IMG/VR virus record: IMGVR_UViG_3300008005_000038
Span: 1 to 37,339 of that record
Direction: 5' to 3' (one strand)
DNA length: 37,339 nt
From: a virus
Taxonomy: Duplodnaviria > Caudoviricetes
The first letter of the stretch is position 1; each line of letters starts with the position of its first letter. The notes beneath the pieces are model-generated. The model saw nothing but the letters and a program-made list of their open reading frames with translations. It was not told where the DNA came from and searched no databases. Shown here in pieces: positions 1 through 7,499 of this stretch. The position numbers and the translations under genes were made by a program.

Positions 1-309
1 CTCGCCATCCTCGCCCAGGATCGCCGCCAAGACTGCCTTGGCCTCGTCGAAGCCGCGCAGTTCGACGGTCAGGGTCAGGCCGTCGTATTCCTCTTCGTCC
101 TCAAAGACTTCGCCACAGGACTCGCCGACGCGCCACTGCTTGCCCTCCATGTCGAGCGGGAGGGTGAGGTGGTGCCGCGCGGCATATGCCTCGGCCATGA
201 TCTGGTGCGCGAGGAAAAGCGCTTTCCCGGCAGTGGTGTCGTATCCATGATCTCCCGGCGCGCCGAGCGCCTTGAGCCGGTCTGCGAGGTCGTCGAGATG
301 GTCAGTCAC
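1..309 (-). CDS. Hypothetical early phage protein (3' end runs off window)
   Basis: GTG at 309 overlaps the TGA of the upstream gene; frame is open to base 1 (MTDHLDDLADRLKALGAPGDHG...). Not in the ORF track. Confidence 0.7.
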   Translation of the reverse strand, partial: MTDHLDDLADRLKALGAPGDHGYDTTAGKALFLAHQIMAEAYAARHHLTLPLDMEGKQWRVGESCGEVFEDEEEYDGLTLTVELRGFDEAKAVLAAILGEDGE

Positions 310-650
310 CCCTCCGCCTCCGATTGCTGCGCCCGGTCGAGCGCGTCGAAAATCCACTTCCCAGCCTTGTCGCTCAGGCCGCCCTTGGCATCCCATGACA
401 GCGTGAGGCGCTTCCCGTCGCCGTAGGTGATACGCACCGCGCGCTGACCCGCCCGACGCTCGAACGCCTGCCGCATTGCGTCTGTCACCACATCGGCCAT
501 CAGGTCGGCGTCGCGCTCGTCAAAGCCATCCTCTACGGCCTCGTCGCGCCATGCGGTGATGGCGTAGAGGATGCGGCCCAGATCGCCCATGGCGAGGGCC
601 GAGGTCAGATCGCCCATGGCGGCGCTGATGGTGTGTTGCAACGTGGTCAT
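306..650 (-). CDS. Hypothetical early phage protein
   Basis: MTTLQHTISAAMGDL...; ATGA coupling at 647-650, GGAGG upstream. Confidence 0.75.
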   Translation of the reverse strand: MTTLQHTISAAMGDLTSALAMGDLGRILYAITAWRDEAVEDGFDERDADLMADVVTDAMRQAFERRAGQRAVRITYGDGKRLTLSWDAKGGLSDKAGKWIFDALDRAQQSEAEG

Positions 651-1324
651 TTGCCCGCCTCCGCTTGCTGCGCCTCGATGATTTCGGCCTCGAAGGCGGG
701 CGCCGTTATTTTGGCCCATCTCGGCATGATCAGGCCCGCGAGGTCGGGGCGATCATCGAAGTGCGGCCGGAATGGCGCACCGTCTTCCTCGGGCGCGGTC
801 ATCTGAAAAGCTCGACCGCCGCTGATCCGGTGCAGGAGGCACGGGTCAAGAGCGATGTCATCGTATTTACCGGCTGGGTGGCGCTTTACCTGGCCGCCAC
901 CGCCAAACACCTTGCGCCAGTCGGGGAAAGTGCTTGCAGGCAGCACCTCCTCGATCACGCCGCGCCGCCAATACGAGCACCAAGACGTGCGAAAATTTGC
1001 GACGCAGGGTGCGCCCTTATCCAGCGCGAAGCTTAACCGGGTCACGTCGAAGTCTGCCTTCGACAGCGGATCATCCCACTCGTCCATCTCTGGCTCGTCG
1101 GCTTGCTCCGTCAGGTCCAGCATGACGATTGCGGGACGGGGCGCGACGGCGCTCTTGTCGTGCGCCACCAGCATCACGCGGCCATCGGTCGCGACGAGGT
1201 AGGCCCCTTCGTCCGGGTGCGGCTCGATCAGCACGCCAGCCAGCTGGATGCGGACCCATTGAGGCCCGGTCGCGCGTCGAACATCCATGAAAAGCCCGCC
1301 GTCGATATCAAATTCGTCGGTCAT
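647..1324 (-). CDS. Beta-sliding-clamp (DnaN)-like phage protein, truncated relative to DnaN
   Basis: GVLIE..YLVATDGRVM, FPDWRKVF and C-terminal GLIMP resemble DnaN VATDGHRL / FPDYRRV / VVMPMR. ATGA coupling at 1321-1324. Confidence 0.6.
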   Translation of the reverse strand: MTDEFDIDGGLFMDVRRATGPQWVRIQLAGVLIEPHPDEGAYLVATDGRVMLVAHDKSAVAPRPAIVMLDLTEQADEPEMDEWDDPLSKADFDVTRLSFALDKGAPCVANFRTSWCSYWRRGVIEEVLPASTFPDWRKVFGGGGQVKRHPAGKYDDIALDPCLLHRISGGRAFQMTAPEEDGAPFRPHFDDRPDLAGLIMPRWAKITAPAFEAEIIEAQQAEAGK

Positions 1325-2021
1325 CCTTCTTTCCTTTCTCTCTCTGCGTCCCCCGCCCACTGGCGGGCGGCGGCGTTCATCGTTCCGGGAAACGACCGGC
1401 TGCGCAGGCGCTGGCGCTCGGGGCCGGGCGGCATGCGATGCACCGCGTTCCAGCGCTTCCACTCTGCGCTGCCGCGTTCCGGCTCGGGCAGGCAGTCGGT
1501 CGGGGTCATCTCCGGCAGGCCGCGCAGATACCAGCCCGTGGCCTTGTAGGCCGGCTCCCCGAACCAGTAGGGCTGCGCGGCAGTCGCGCGGGCAGGTCCG
1601 GCGGCATGGCGGCGCGGGCGAGGTGGTTCATGACCGGGTTCTCGATGGCGACGCGCCGGATCGGCGCGCGCCAGCAGGCCGTGAAGATCGACACACCCTC
1701 CGCGAACTCGGCGCGCAGGTCGTCCCAGCTGCGCCCGCGCGGCAGGGTCTTGGGCGGCGTCCATGCCCCCGGCGTGCTGCCCGGCCCGGCCTGCATGCAC
1801 CCGCCCGACCGGCAGAGCCGGGTGCAGGGCGGGTGCATGCAGGCCAGCAGGTCCCAGCCCCATTCGAGGATGCCGCCCCGGATATCGCAGACAATGTGCC
1901 GGTTGCTGCCATCCTCGGCCGGATCGAGATCGCAGGACCACACGTCATGACCCAAGGCGGCAAAGGCGCGGCGGCCGATGCCGCTGGTCTCGCAGCCGAC
2001 GAGGATGCGCAGGGTGGTCAT
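1321..2021 (-). pseudogene. Phage DNA cytosine methyltransferase-like gene, frameshifted near 1576-1586
   Basis: N-terminal part (ILVGCETSG, WSCDL, HPPCT, AIENP) is in ORF 1506..2021. C-terminal part (QPYWFGE..KATGWYLRGLP, VHRMPPGPER..RSRSFPG..QWAG) is in frame 1321..1941. Confidence 0.8.
1788..1845. repeat. Perfect 19-bp inverted repeat inside the methyltransferase gene
   Basis: ggcctgcatgcacccgccc (1788-1806) and gggcgggtgcatgcaggcc (1827-1845), 20-bp spacer. Confidence 0.95.
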
Positions 2022-2422
2022 GAATGCACTCGTGCCGCTTTAACGAACGTGCCAAAACTGACGTCACAGGTGTCGGAAACAGAGAGCCATTTTTGATACA
2101 TCGCCTTCCCGCGAGATTCAGCAATTTGCGTCAGATGCATGCCATCCCACTCGATGTGCCAAATCCGGTGGCGGTCGCCGATTTCGCGCAGGTGGCTGTG
2201 CAGCGCGTGCCGACCGTATTTGGTCACGTAGAAGAACAGCATGTCGCCAGACCGGAGGCCGATATGCCATGCGGGGTCGGAGGCCAATTCCAGCGCTTGA
2301 GGGCCTCCCATTTCGGTCGCGTAGTGATTCCGATATGTCTTGTGCAGCGGGTTAACCGGTCGGCCCAACGCGTGGTCGATCCGATCGAAACTTTTGTTTT
2401 CAAGCCAACGATTAACCTGCAT
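2018..2422 (-). CDS. Hypothetical early phage protein
   Basis: MQVNRWLENKSFDRIDHALGRP...; visibly lower GC than neighbours; start could alternatively be 2443. Confidence 0.75.
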   Translation of the reverse strand: MQVNRWLENKSFDRIDHALGRPVNPLHKTYRNHYATEMGGPQALELASDPAWHIGLRSGDMLFFYVTKYGRHALHSHLREIGDRHRIWHIEWDGMHLTQIAESRGKAMYQKWLSVSDTCDVSFGTFVKAARVHS

Positions 2423-2705
2423 CACGCGCCTCGCCTCCGTCATCCACCATCGCCGCGACCATGCCGTCCTCGGCGATGGTGGCCAGCAGGGCGCGGGCCA
2501 GCGCAGCGGCCGTCATCCCGCGCGCCTTGGCCTCGGGCCGCAGGGCGTCCAGCACGTCGCGGCTGATGCGGATGGTCTGCATCGTCGTGTCGCCCTTCCG
2601 GGCGCGGCCCTTGCTGTAGGCGCGCCACGCGGCCCGGCAGTCGGGGCAGGCGCGGAAGCGGTCGTCGGGCTTGGGCGCGTGGCAGCTTTTGCAGGTCGTG
2701 GTCAT
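2412..2705 (-). CDS. Small zinc-finger plus ribbon-helix-helix-like DNA-binding protein
   Basis: CxxC...CxxC (CKSC, CPDC) followed by TIRISRDVLDALRPEAKARGMTAAALARALL; ATGA coupling. Confidence 0.65.
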   Translation of the reverse strand: MTTTCKSCHAPKPDDRFRACPDCRAAWRAYSKGRARKGDTTMQTIRISRDVLDALRPEAKARGMTAAALARALLATIAEDGMVAAMVDDGGEARDAG

Positions 2706-3181
2706 CCCGCGCCCTCCTGCGCGTCGGCCCAGGCCAGCGCGGCGGTGGAAAACTTTTGCGGGTAGCGGTCGATCAGGCCGCACACGAAGGCGCGGTCGCG
2801 GGCGTGGCCCGTCAGCCAGGCGCGGGCCTCGCGGCGCTGCGCCCGGAACGTGGGCTGCGGATTGGCCGCGTCGCGCGCCACTTGGGCAGCGACGGCGTTC
2901 CACAGGCGGCGGATCGCGGCGTGATCGGCGACGGTGACGTCGTCCCACCACCAGCCGGGCCAGCCCATGCGGTCCTCCGCCTCGGCCAGGCGGGCGCAGG
3001 CGCGGCGCAGCTCCTCGGTGGTCAGCCGCTCTTCGCTGCCGCCCGCCGACGGGTCCGGCGGCGCGATGGCGGCGGGCGGGGGTGCCGCGCGCGACGGGGC
3101 GGGGGTAGGCCCCGGCGCCTCGACCACCGCGTCGGCGAACTCCTCGAAGATCGCGGCCAGGATGTCGTCGTCCGTGGTCAC
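2702..3181 (-). CDS. Hypothetical early phage protein
   Basis: GTG at 3181 overlaps the upstream TGA; MTTDDDILAAIFEEF..., Pro/Ala linker. Confidence 0.7.
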   Translation of the reverse strand: MTTDDDILAAIFEEFADAVVEAPGPTPAPSRAAPPPAAIAPPDPSAGGSEERLTTEELRRACARLAEAEDRMGWPGWWWDDVTVADHAAIRRLWNAVAAQVARDAANPQPTFRAQRREARAWLTGHARDRAFVCGLIDRYPQKFSTAALAWADAQEGAG

Positions 3182-3579
3182 GCGCGGCCCTCCGCCTTGG
3201 GCTGCGCCCAGTCGGGCAGGCGCACGGCGACGGTGCCGTCGCGCAGGGCGAGCTGCGCGCAGGCCACCGCCTTGCGCGGGGTCGTGTCGCAGCCCCGCCA
3301 CGGCGCGGCCTCCAGCCGAACGGCGCCGCGCATGAAGCCGCCGACCTGGATTTCGCCCTTGTCGGTGGAGGTGATCAGCAGGATGTGCGTCTTGCCGGGG
3401 TCGCTGTTAAGCGTCATCATCATCGGCTCGCCCTTGGCGAGGCGGCGGCCGAAGGCGCGCTCCTGCACCTCGGCGTTGAGCGTAAGCGAGACGTAGGCGC
3501 CGCCGGGCCCCTCGCGCAGGGCGATCTTGACGCCGCCTTTCGGCGCGACGGGGCGGGGATTGGCGGTGAATGCGGGCAT
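3178..3579 (-). CDS. Hypothetical early phage protein
   Basis: 133-aa ORF preceded by a strong RBS (AAGGAG). Confidence 0.75.
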   Translation of the reverse strand: MPAFTANPRPVAPKGGVKIALREGPGGAYVSLTLNAEVQERAFGRRLAKGEPMMMTLNSDPGKTHILLITSTDKGEIQVGGFMRGAVRLEAAPWRGCDTTPRKAVACAQLALRDGTVAVRLPDWAQPKAEGRA

Positions 3580-3853
3580 GGTCAGGCTCCTTTGCGGGAT
3601 GGGAGTTGCGGCTCCGAAATGGTCGTGACGTCTTCCTTGCGCCGCACGAAAGCCCTTCCTTCATCGCCGCATGGAAAAATCCGCCTGCCCTCAGAGCCTC
3701 CGCGCGGCGGATCTGCTCCGGGTCGGGGTCGTAGCGCAGGATGTAGTCGGCGGCGCGGCGCTGTTCCTCGGCCGGCCAGCTGCGCGGCGCGGCGATGACG
3801 GCGCGGGCGTGGCGGATCCCGGCGACGGAGAGGGTGTCGAGCGGGCCTGTCAT
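3407..3853 (-). CDS. Hypothetical early protein (3' end uncertain; read-through overlaps next gene)
   Basis: MTGPLDTLSVAGIRHARAVIAAP..., ATGA-coupled start. The in-frame stop lies ~170 bp inside the next gene, so the original stop may have been lost. Confidence 0.45.
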   Translation of the reverse strand: MTGPLDTLSVAGIRHARAVIAAPRSWPAEEQRRAADYILRYDPDPEQIRRAEALRAGGFFHAAMKEGLSCGARKTSRPFRSRNSHPAKEPDHARIHRQSPPRRAERRRQDRPARGARRRLRLAYAQRRGAGARLRPPPRQGRADDDDA

Positions 3854-4047
3854 GCCGCGCTGCCGCCCGTCGGGGGCTGTGGTGCGCGCTGGCGCGGGGT
3901 GCGGCCCTGGGCGCTGACGAGGACGAGCCAGCACATCCGGCGCAGGCCGGGCTTGTCGGCGCAGCGCGCCGGGTCGGCGACGATGCGGCGGGCCTGCGCG
4001 ACCTGGCGCGGGCGCGGCGGATGCAGGAGGGTCGGCAGGCGGGTCAT
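3850..4047 (-). CDS. Hypothetical early phage protein
   Basis: MTRLPTLLHPPRPRQVAQARRIVADP...; RBS GGAGG; coupled at both ends. Confidence 0.65.
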   Translation of the reverse strand: MTRLPTLLHPPRPRQVAQARRIVADPARCADKPGLRRMCWLVLVSAQGRTPRQRAPQPPTGGSAA

Positions 4048-4310
4048 GTGGTGACCTCCTGCCCGGCGGCCTCGGCCGAGAGGCGGCGCAGATGCTCGAT
4101 GTCGTCGGAGTAGCGGATCGACGGGGTGAGCCAGTAGACCGTCTCGCAATCCTCGGCATTAACGACCAGCAGCCATTCCGTCAGGTAGCGACCCTCGGGG
4201 TCGAAAATCTGCCAGCGAAACAGGTCCGCGCGACGCCAGACGGTGCGGGCGAGCACGCGGCAGGTGTAGCCGTGGCTGCGGGCGTTCTCGATGCTGCGCG
4301 GGGCGATCAT
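4044..4310 (-). CDS. Hypothetical early phage protein
   Basis: 88-aa ORF, ATGA-coupled at both ends. Confidence 0.7.
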   Translation of the reverse strand: MIAPRSIENARSHGYTCRVLARTVWRRADLFRWQIFDPEGRYLTEWLLVVNAEDCETVYWLTPSIRYSDDIEHLRRLSAEAAGQEVTT

Positions 4311-4549
4311 GCCGCACCCCCGGCGTCGCGGTGCACCGATTGCAGGTGGCGGTCGCGGGCATGGGCGTCGACGGCGGCGCGCACGGCGCAGTCCTTGGCC
4401 TCCAGCAGCTTGCGCAGGGCGGCGTCCTTTTCGGGGCCGTCGGCGAGGCAGGCGTCGAGATCGTCGGCGAGCCGCTCGAACGGCGCCGAGACCGGCCGCA
4501 GGTGGTCGGGCAGGTGGGCGTACTCGAAATATCGCAGGGGGGTGTGCAT
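4307..4549 (-). CDS. Small helical-hairpin protein, possible Acb2/Tad1-like nucleotide-signal sponge
   Basis: YFEYAHLP..VSAPF..PEKDAALRKLLEAKDCAVRA, containing an E-x3-A-[LI]-x-K-L-x-E-A motif. First gene of the leftward operon. Confidence 0.5.
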   Translation of the reverse strand: MHTPLRYFEYAHLPDHLRPVSAPFERLADDLDACLADGPEKDAALRKLLEAKDCAVRAAVDAHARDRHLQSVHRDAGGAA

Positions 4550-4568
4550 GGCGGTGGGCCTTTCGATT

Positions 4569-4626
4569 GTCGATAAATCGGACGTATAACCGAAAAAAGA
4601 AGCGCCATGCAACCGAAAAAGCGGAT
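4569..4626 (-). promoter_or_regulatory. Leftward early promoter (PL-like) with operator-like boxes
   Basis: Minus strand TTGCAT(4612-4607)-N18-TATACG(4588-4583). Boxes GTCGATAAATCGGAC (4569-4583) and AACCGAAAAAGCGGAT (4611-4626) resemble the PR operators. Confidence 0.55.
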
Positions 4627-4719
4627 ACGTGCGCGAGGCGGGTGTGGGCTTGCCCGGAAAGCTGGGATAGGCTTCACTGTTCCGGTCAGCGACGTGCTGT
4701 CTCGGATAGGGGGTTGCCA

Positions 4720-4887
4720 ATGGTGTTTTTAATCGTCTGGATCGCGGCAGCGATCATCACCGCGCTGGCCGCGCAGGCGCGCGGGCGCAGTTTTCTCGGG
4801 TGGCTCCTCCTCGGCGCGGTCTTCGGTGTCTTCGCGCTGATCGCCGTCCTGGTGATGCGCGACGAGAGCGGCAAGAGCGGCGCCTGA
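4720..4887 (+). CDS. Small two-TM membrane protein (moron-like)
   Basis: MVFLIVWIAAAIITALAAQARGRSFLGWLLLGAVFGVFALIAVLVM...; two hydrophobic helices. Confidence 0.75.
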   Translation: MVFLIVWIAAAIITALAAQARGRSFLGWLLLGAVFGVFALIAVLVMRDESGKSGA

Positions 4888-4918
4888 GCCGTCCGAAAGC
4901 CAGCATCGAGGGCCTGAT

Positions 4919-5317
4919 ATGCCGCGACCAGATACGTCTCTGCAAGACCGCAACCTCGGCGGCTGGATCGCCGCGATCTTCGTGGGCGGCTTGCTGGTCC
5001 TTGGCGGCATCGCCTGGCTTGTCACGACCGAGGAGGGGCTGCCGCATCACGCGTGGGAGCGGCCCGAACACGGCAAGGCGCGAATCGCCTGCCGCGATTA
5101 CATCGAGGAGCGCCTGCACGACCCGTCATCTGTCGAGTGGGGCGATCTGATCGAATGGACGGCGTCGGAGATGCACATGGGCGAGATCACGGTCTGGCCG
5201 CGCTTCCGGGCGCGCAACACTTACGGCGCGCTGGTGCTGGAGCGGCGGACATGCCTTGTCGATGCCCGGCCAAGCCTGCGCCGCGCCCGCGTCATTTCAC
5301 TGCGCGATTTTCCCTAG
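4919..5317 (+). CDS. Single-TM membrane-anchored periplasmic protein (moron-like)
   Basis: N-terminal TM helix, then C..YIEERLHDPSS...FRARNTYGA..C. Confidence 0.7.
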   Translation: MPRPDTSLQDRNLGGWIAAIFVGGLLVLGGIAWLVTTEEGLPHHAWERPEHGKARIACRDYIEERLHDPSSVEWGDLIEWTASEMHMGEITVWPRFRARNTYGALVLERRTCLVDARPSLRRARVISLRDFP

Positions 5318-5940
5318 GCCGCGTCCATCTGCGGTGCGCGGTAGCTCGCCGCGATCCGGCCCATGATTGTGGTGCGGTGGTTGTCCACGACCAGCGCCTC
5401 GGCGTCGGCGGCGGCGTCGTTGGCGATCAAATAGGGCGGCAGGTAGCGGCGCAGCACGGTACTGGCCGAGCCGACGGCAAGGTCGGCGACATTGGCCAGC
5501 ACCAGGTCGCCGGTCTTCGGCGACGCCTTTAGATCCACGATCAGCACGTCGCCGGGCAGGAGGGCGAAGCCCGGCATCGCCACGCGCAGCCGGTAGGTGG
5601 CGAGCTGCCGCCCCGCCGGCGCCAGCAGCTGCGGCAGAAGCCGCTGTTTCTCCGCGAGGTCGGGGCGCTGCCCCGCCGGGGCGCGCAGCTCGAACGGCTC
5701 CGCCTCCGATTCGCCGAACCCGTCAGCGCGTTCGTTCGGCCTTTCCCCTTCCGCCAAGTAGGCGAGCGACACACCCAGCACCCGCGCGATGTTCTGCACG
5801 TTCTCAAGCCGTGGGGATTTGTCCGGGTCAGTTTCGATTGCTTGCACGGTGCCCGGGCTGAGCCCCGCAGCGATGGACACTTCGCGCGCGCTCTTGCCGG
5901 CCTTTTCGCGTAGCGTCCTGATTCTATTTCCAAGGGTCAT
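5314..5940 (-). CDS. CI-like repressor (XRE HTH plus degenerate S24-like C-terminal domain)
   Basis: LGNRIRTLREKAGKSAREVSIAAGLSPGTVQAIE...PRLENVQNIARVLGVSLAYL; C-terminal PGDVLIVD...PKTGDLVLA; divergent from a cro-like gene. Confidence 0.88.
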   Translation of the reverse strand: MTLGNRIRTLREKAGKSAREVSIAAGLSPGTVQAIETDPDKSPRLENVQNIARVLGVSLAYLAEGERPNERADGFGESEAEPFELRAPAGQRPDLAEKQRLLPQLLAPAGRQLATYRLRVAMPGFALLPGDVLIVDLKASPKTGDLVLANVADLAVGSASTVLRRYLPPYLIANDAAADAEALVVDNHRTTIMGRIAASYRAPQMDAA

Positions 5941-6006
5941 CCCGTCTCACCGTCGTTGCCGTGATCTTTTGATCGGTCGATGCACGGATACGCCATTGCA
6001 AGCACC

Positions 6007-6048
6007 TCCGAAAAAACGGTTTACAAGCATCCGATTTTCGGATACAAG
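6007..6048 (+). promoter_or_regulatory. PR-like promoter with operators
   Basis: TTTACA(6020-25)-N17-TACAAG(6043-48). Palindrome ATCCGA-TTT-TCGGAT (6029-6043) lies in the spacer; second box TCCGAAAAAACGG at ~6007-6019. Confidence 0.65.
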
Positions 6049-6055
6049 CCTTTTC

Positions 6056-6325
6056 ATGACCTACGCAGACCATCTCCGCGCCCTGATCGAGGAAGCGCAG
6101 CGCGCCGTTCCGGGGCTGACCTATCGCGGCCTCGCGAGCCGGGCCTCGATCGGGCTTGGCTGGGTCAGCGAATTCATGGCTACCGGCTCGGGCACCTTCT
6201 CGCGCGCCGAGGCGGTCGTCGCGGTGATCCGCGATCTCTGCCCCACCGGCGAAAGCGGTGACCGCCTGCGCCGCCTGCTGGCCCAGTTCGACGCCGAGAC
6301 CGAAAACGAAAGGGACGCGGCATGA
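6056..6325 (+). CDS. Cro-like HTH protein
   Basis: MTYADHLRALIEE...LTYRGLASRASIGLGWVSEF; divergent from the repressor. Confidence 0.75.
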   Translation: MTYADHLRALIEEAQRAVPGLTYRGLASRASIGLGWVSEFMATGSGTFSRAEAVVAVIRDLCPTGESGDRLRRLLAQFDAETENERDAA

Positions 6326-6336
6326 CGGTCCCGATT

Positions 6337-6409
6337 TCATCCATGCGGCTCCTCCTCCCGGCCGGCGTGGGTGACGGGCCGGGCGGCGGTGGCAGGCGCC
6401 GCCCGGCCC
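6337..6409 (+). ncRNA. Cuckoo-type (CCUCCUCCC-loop) hairpin followed by a 13-bp hairpin
   Basis: Stem 6337-6350/6360-6374 encloses loop CCTCCTCCC (6351-6359). Second stem GGGCCGGGCGGCG/CGCCGCCCGGCCC (6376-6409). Confidence 0.65.
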
Positions 6410-6467
6410 ATCCTGATTCTCACCGTAGCGGGGCACCCGCGCCCTGCCAAGGAAACGAGGTTGCGGC

Positions 6468-6902
6468 ATGAGCCAGATCGAGAACCTGCGCGCCTGCACG
6501 CGGGCGCTGGTGCAGCGGTTCGGCTGCTATGAGGCGGCGGCGGCGACGATTTCCGCCCGGCTTGGCACCGCCACCGGGAAGGGCACCGTGTCGAAAAAAA
6601 TGGCCGGGCAGTGGGATTTCAGCGTGCCAGAGATCGTGGCGCTGGAGGATGCGATGGGCGACCACCCGGTCAGCCGGATGCTGGCCCGCCGCCTCGGCGG
6701 CGCGGAGCAGCGTATGGCAGGGGTCGACCTGGTCGAGCAGGGCGGGCTGATCGCCAAAGAAGCGGGAGAGGCGGTCAACGCCATCCTCGCCGCCGGTCAG
6801 TCCGCCGGGCGGGGGCGCGAGGCCGCCGCCGTGGTCGAGATCGACGAGGCCATCGCGGCGCTGGAAGCGGCGCGCCAGCACCTGCAGGAGAAGGGGGGAT
6901 GA
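6468..6902 (+). CDS. CII-like phage regulatory protein
   Basis: Position after cro; HTH-like segment ...KGTVSKKMAG..FSVPEIVALEDAMGDHPVSRMLA. Confidence 0.6.
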   Translation: MSQIENLRACTRALVQRFGCYEAAAATISARLGTATGKGTVSKKMAGQWDFSVPEIVALEDAMGDHPVSRMLARRLGGAEQRMAGVDLVEQGGLIAKEAGEAVNAILAAGQSAGRGREAAAVVEIDEAIAALEAARQHLQEKGG

Positions 6903-7237
6903 GCGATCTGTCTGTCCCCGAGCGCCTGCGGGTGCATGCCTCTTGCGGCGAGCTGGTCAAGTGGACCATGACCGCCGAGGAGGCGCGGCGCGTGGCCGGC
7001 CTTCTGGAGCGCGGCGGCCTGTCGCCGGAGAAGGAGGCGCGGATCCTGTCCGCCGCGACCTCCGCCGCCCTGGCCCGGATCGGCGAGACGCTGGGCCTCG
7101 CCCGCGCGCTGCGCGAGATGCGCCGCGACACGGCGCGCCGGCGGATCGACACGCTCTTGTGGTGGGGCGGGCTGGCCTTCATCGCCGCCCAGCTGACCGA
7201 CCTCTGGGTCACGCTCGTGATCGGGGGTGCGCCATGA
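6899..7237 (+). CDS. Hypothetical protein with C-terminal TM helix
   Basis: MSDLSVPERLRVH...LLWWGGLAFIAAQLTDLWVTLVIGG; ATGA-coupled. Confidence 0.7.
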   Translation: MSDLSVPERLRVHASCGELVKWTMTAEEARRVAGLLERGGLSPEKEARILSAATSAALARIGETLGLARALREMRRDTARRRIDTLLWWGGLAFIAAQLTDLWVTLVIGGAP

Positions 7238-7437
7238 CCTGCCTTCCCGATCCGCGCGCCGGCCTGCTGACGATCCTGCGCGATTTCGGCCCGCAGCCGG
7301 CCGAGGATATCGCGGCGCTGGCCGACATCCTCGGCGCGCCGGAGCCGGTGGTGGCCGGCCTGGTCGATGAGCTGGCCGAGGCCGGCGAGATCGAGCGCTT
7401 TGCCGGCGCGCTGCGCCTGCGCGGGGTGGCGGCATGA
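7234..7437 (+). CDS. Small winged-HTH-like protein
   Basis: LLTILRDFGPQPAEDIAALADILGAPEPVVAGLVDELAEAGEIERF; ATGA-coupled. Confidence 0.65.
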   Translation: MTCLPDPRAGLLTILRDFGPQPAEDIAALADILGAPEPVVAGLVDELAEAGEIERFAGALRLRGVAA

Positions 7438-7499
7438 CGTGGCGCCCCGACACCGACCCCGGCGCGGCGGGCAATCCGCGCGACTGCCTGTGTGGACTT

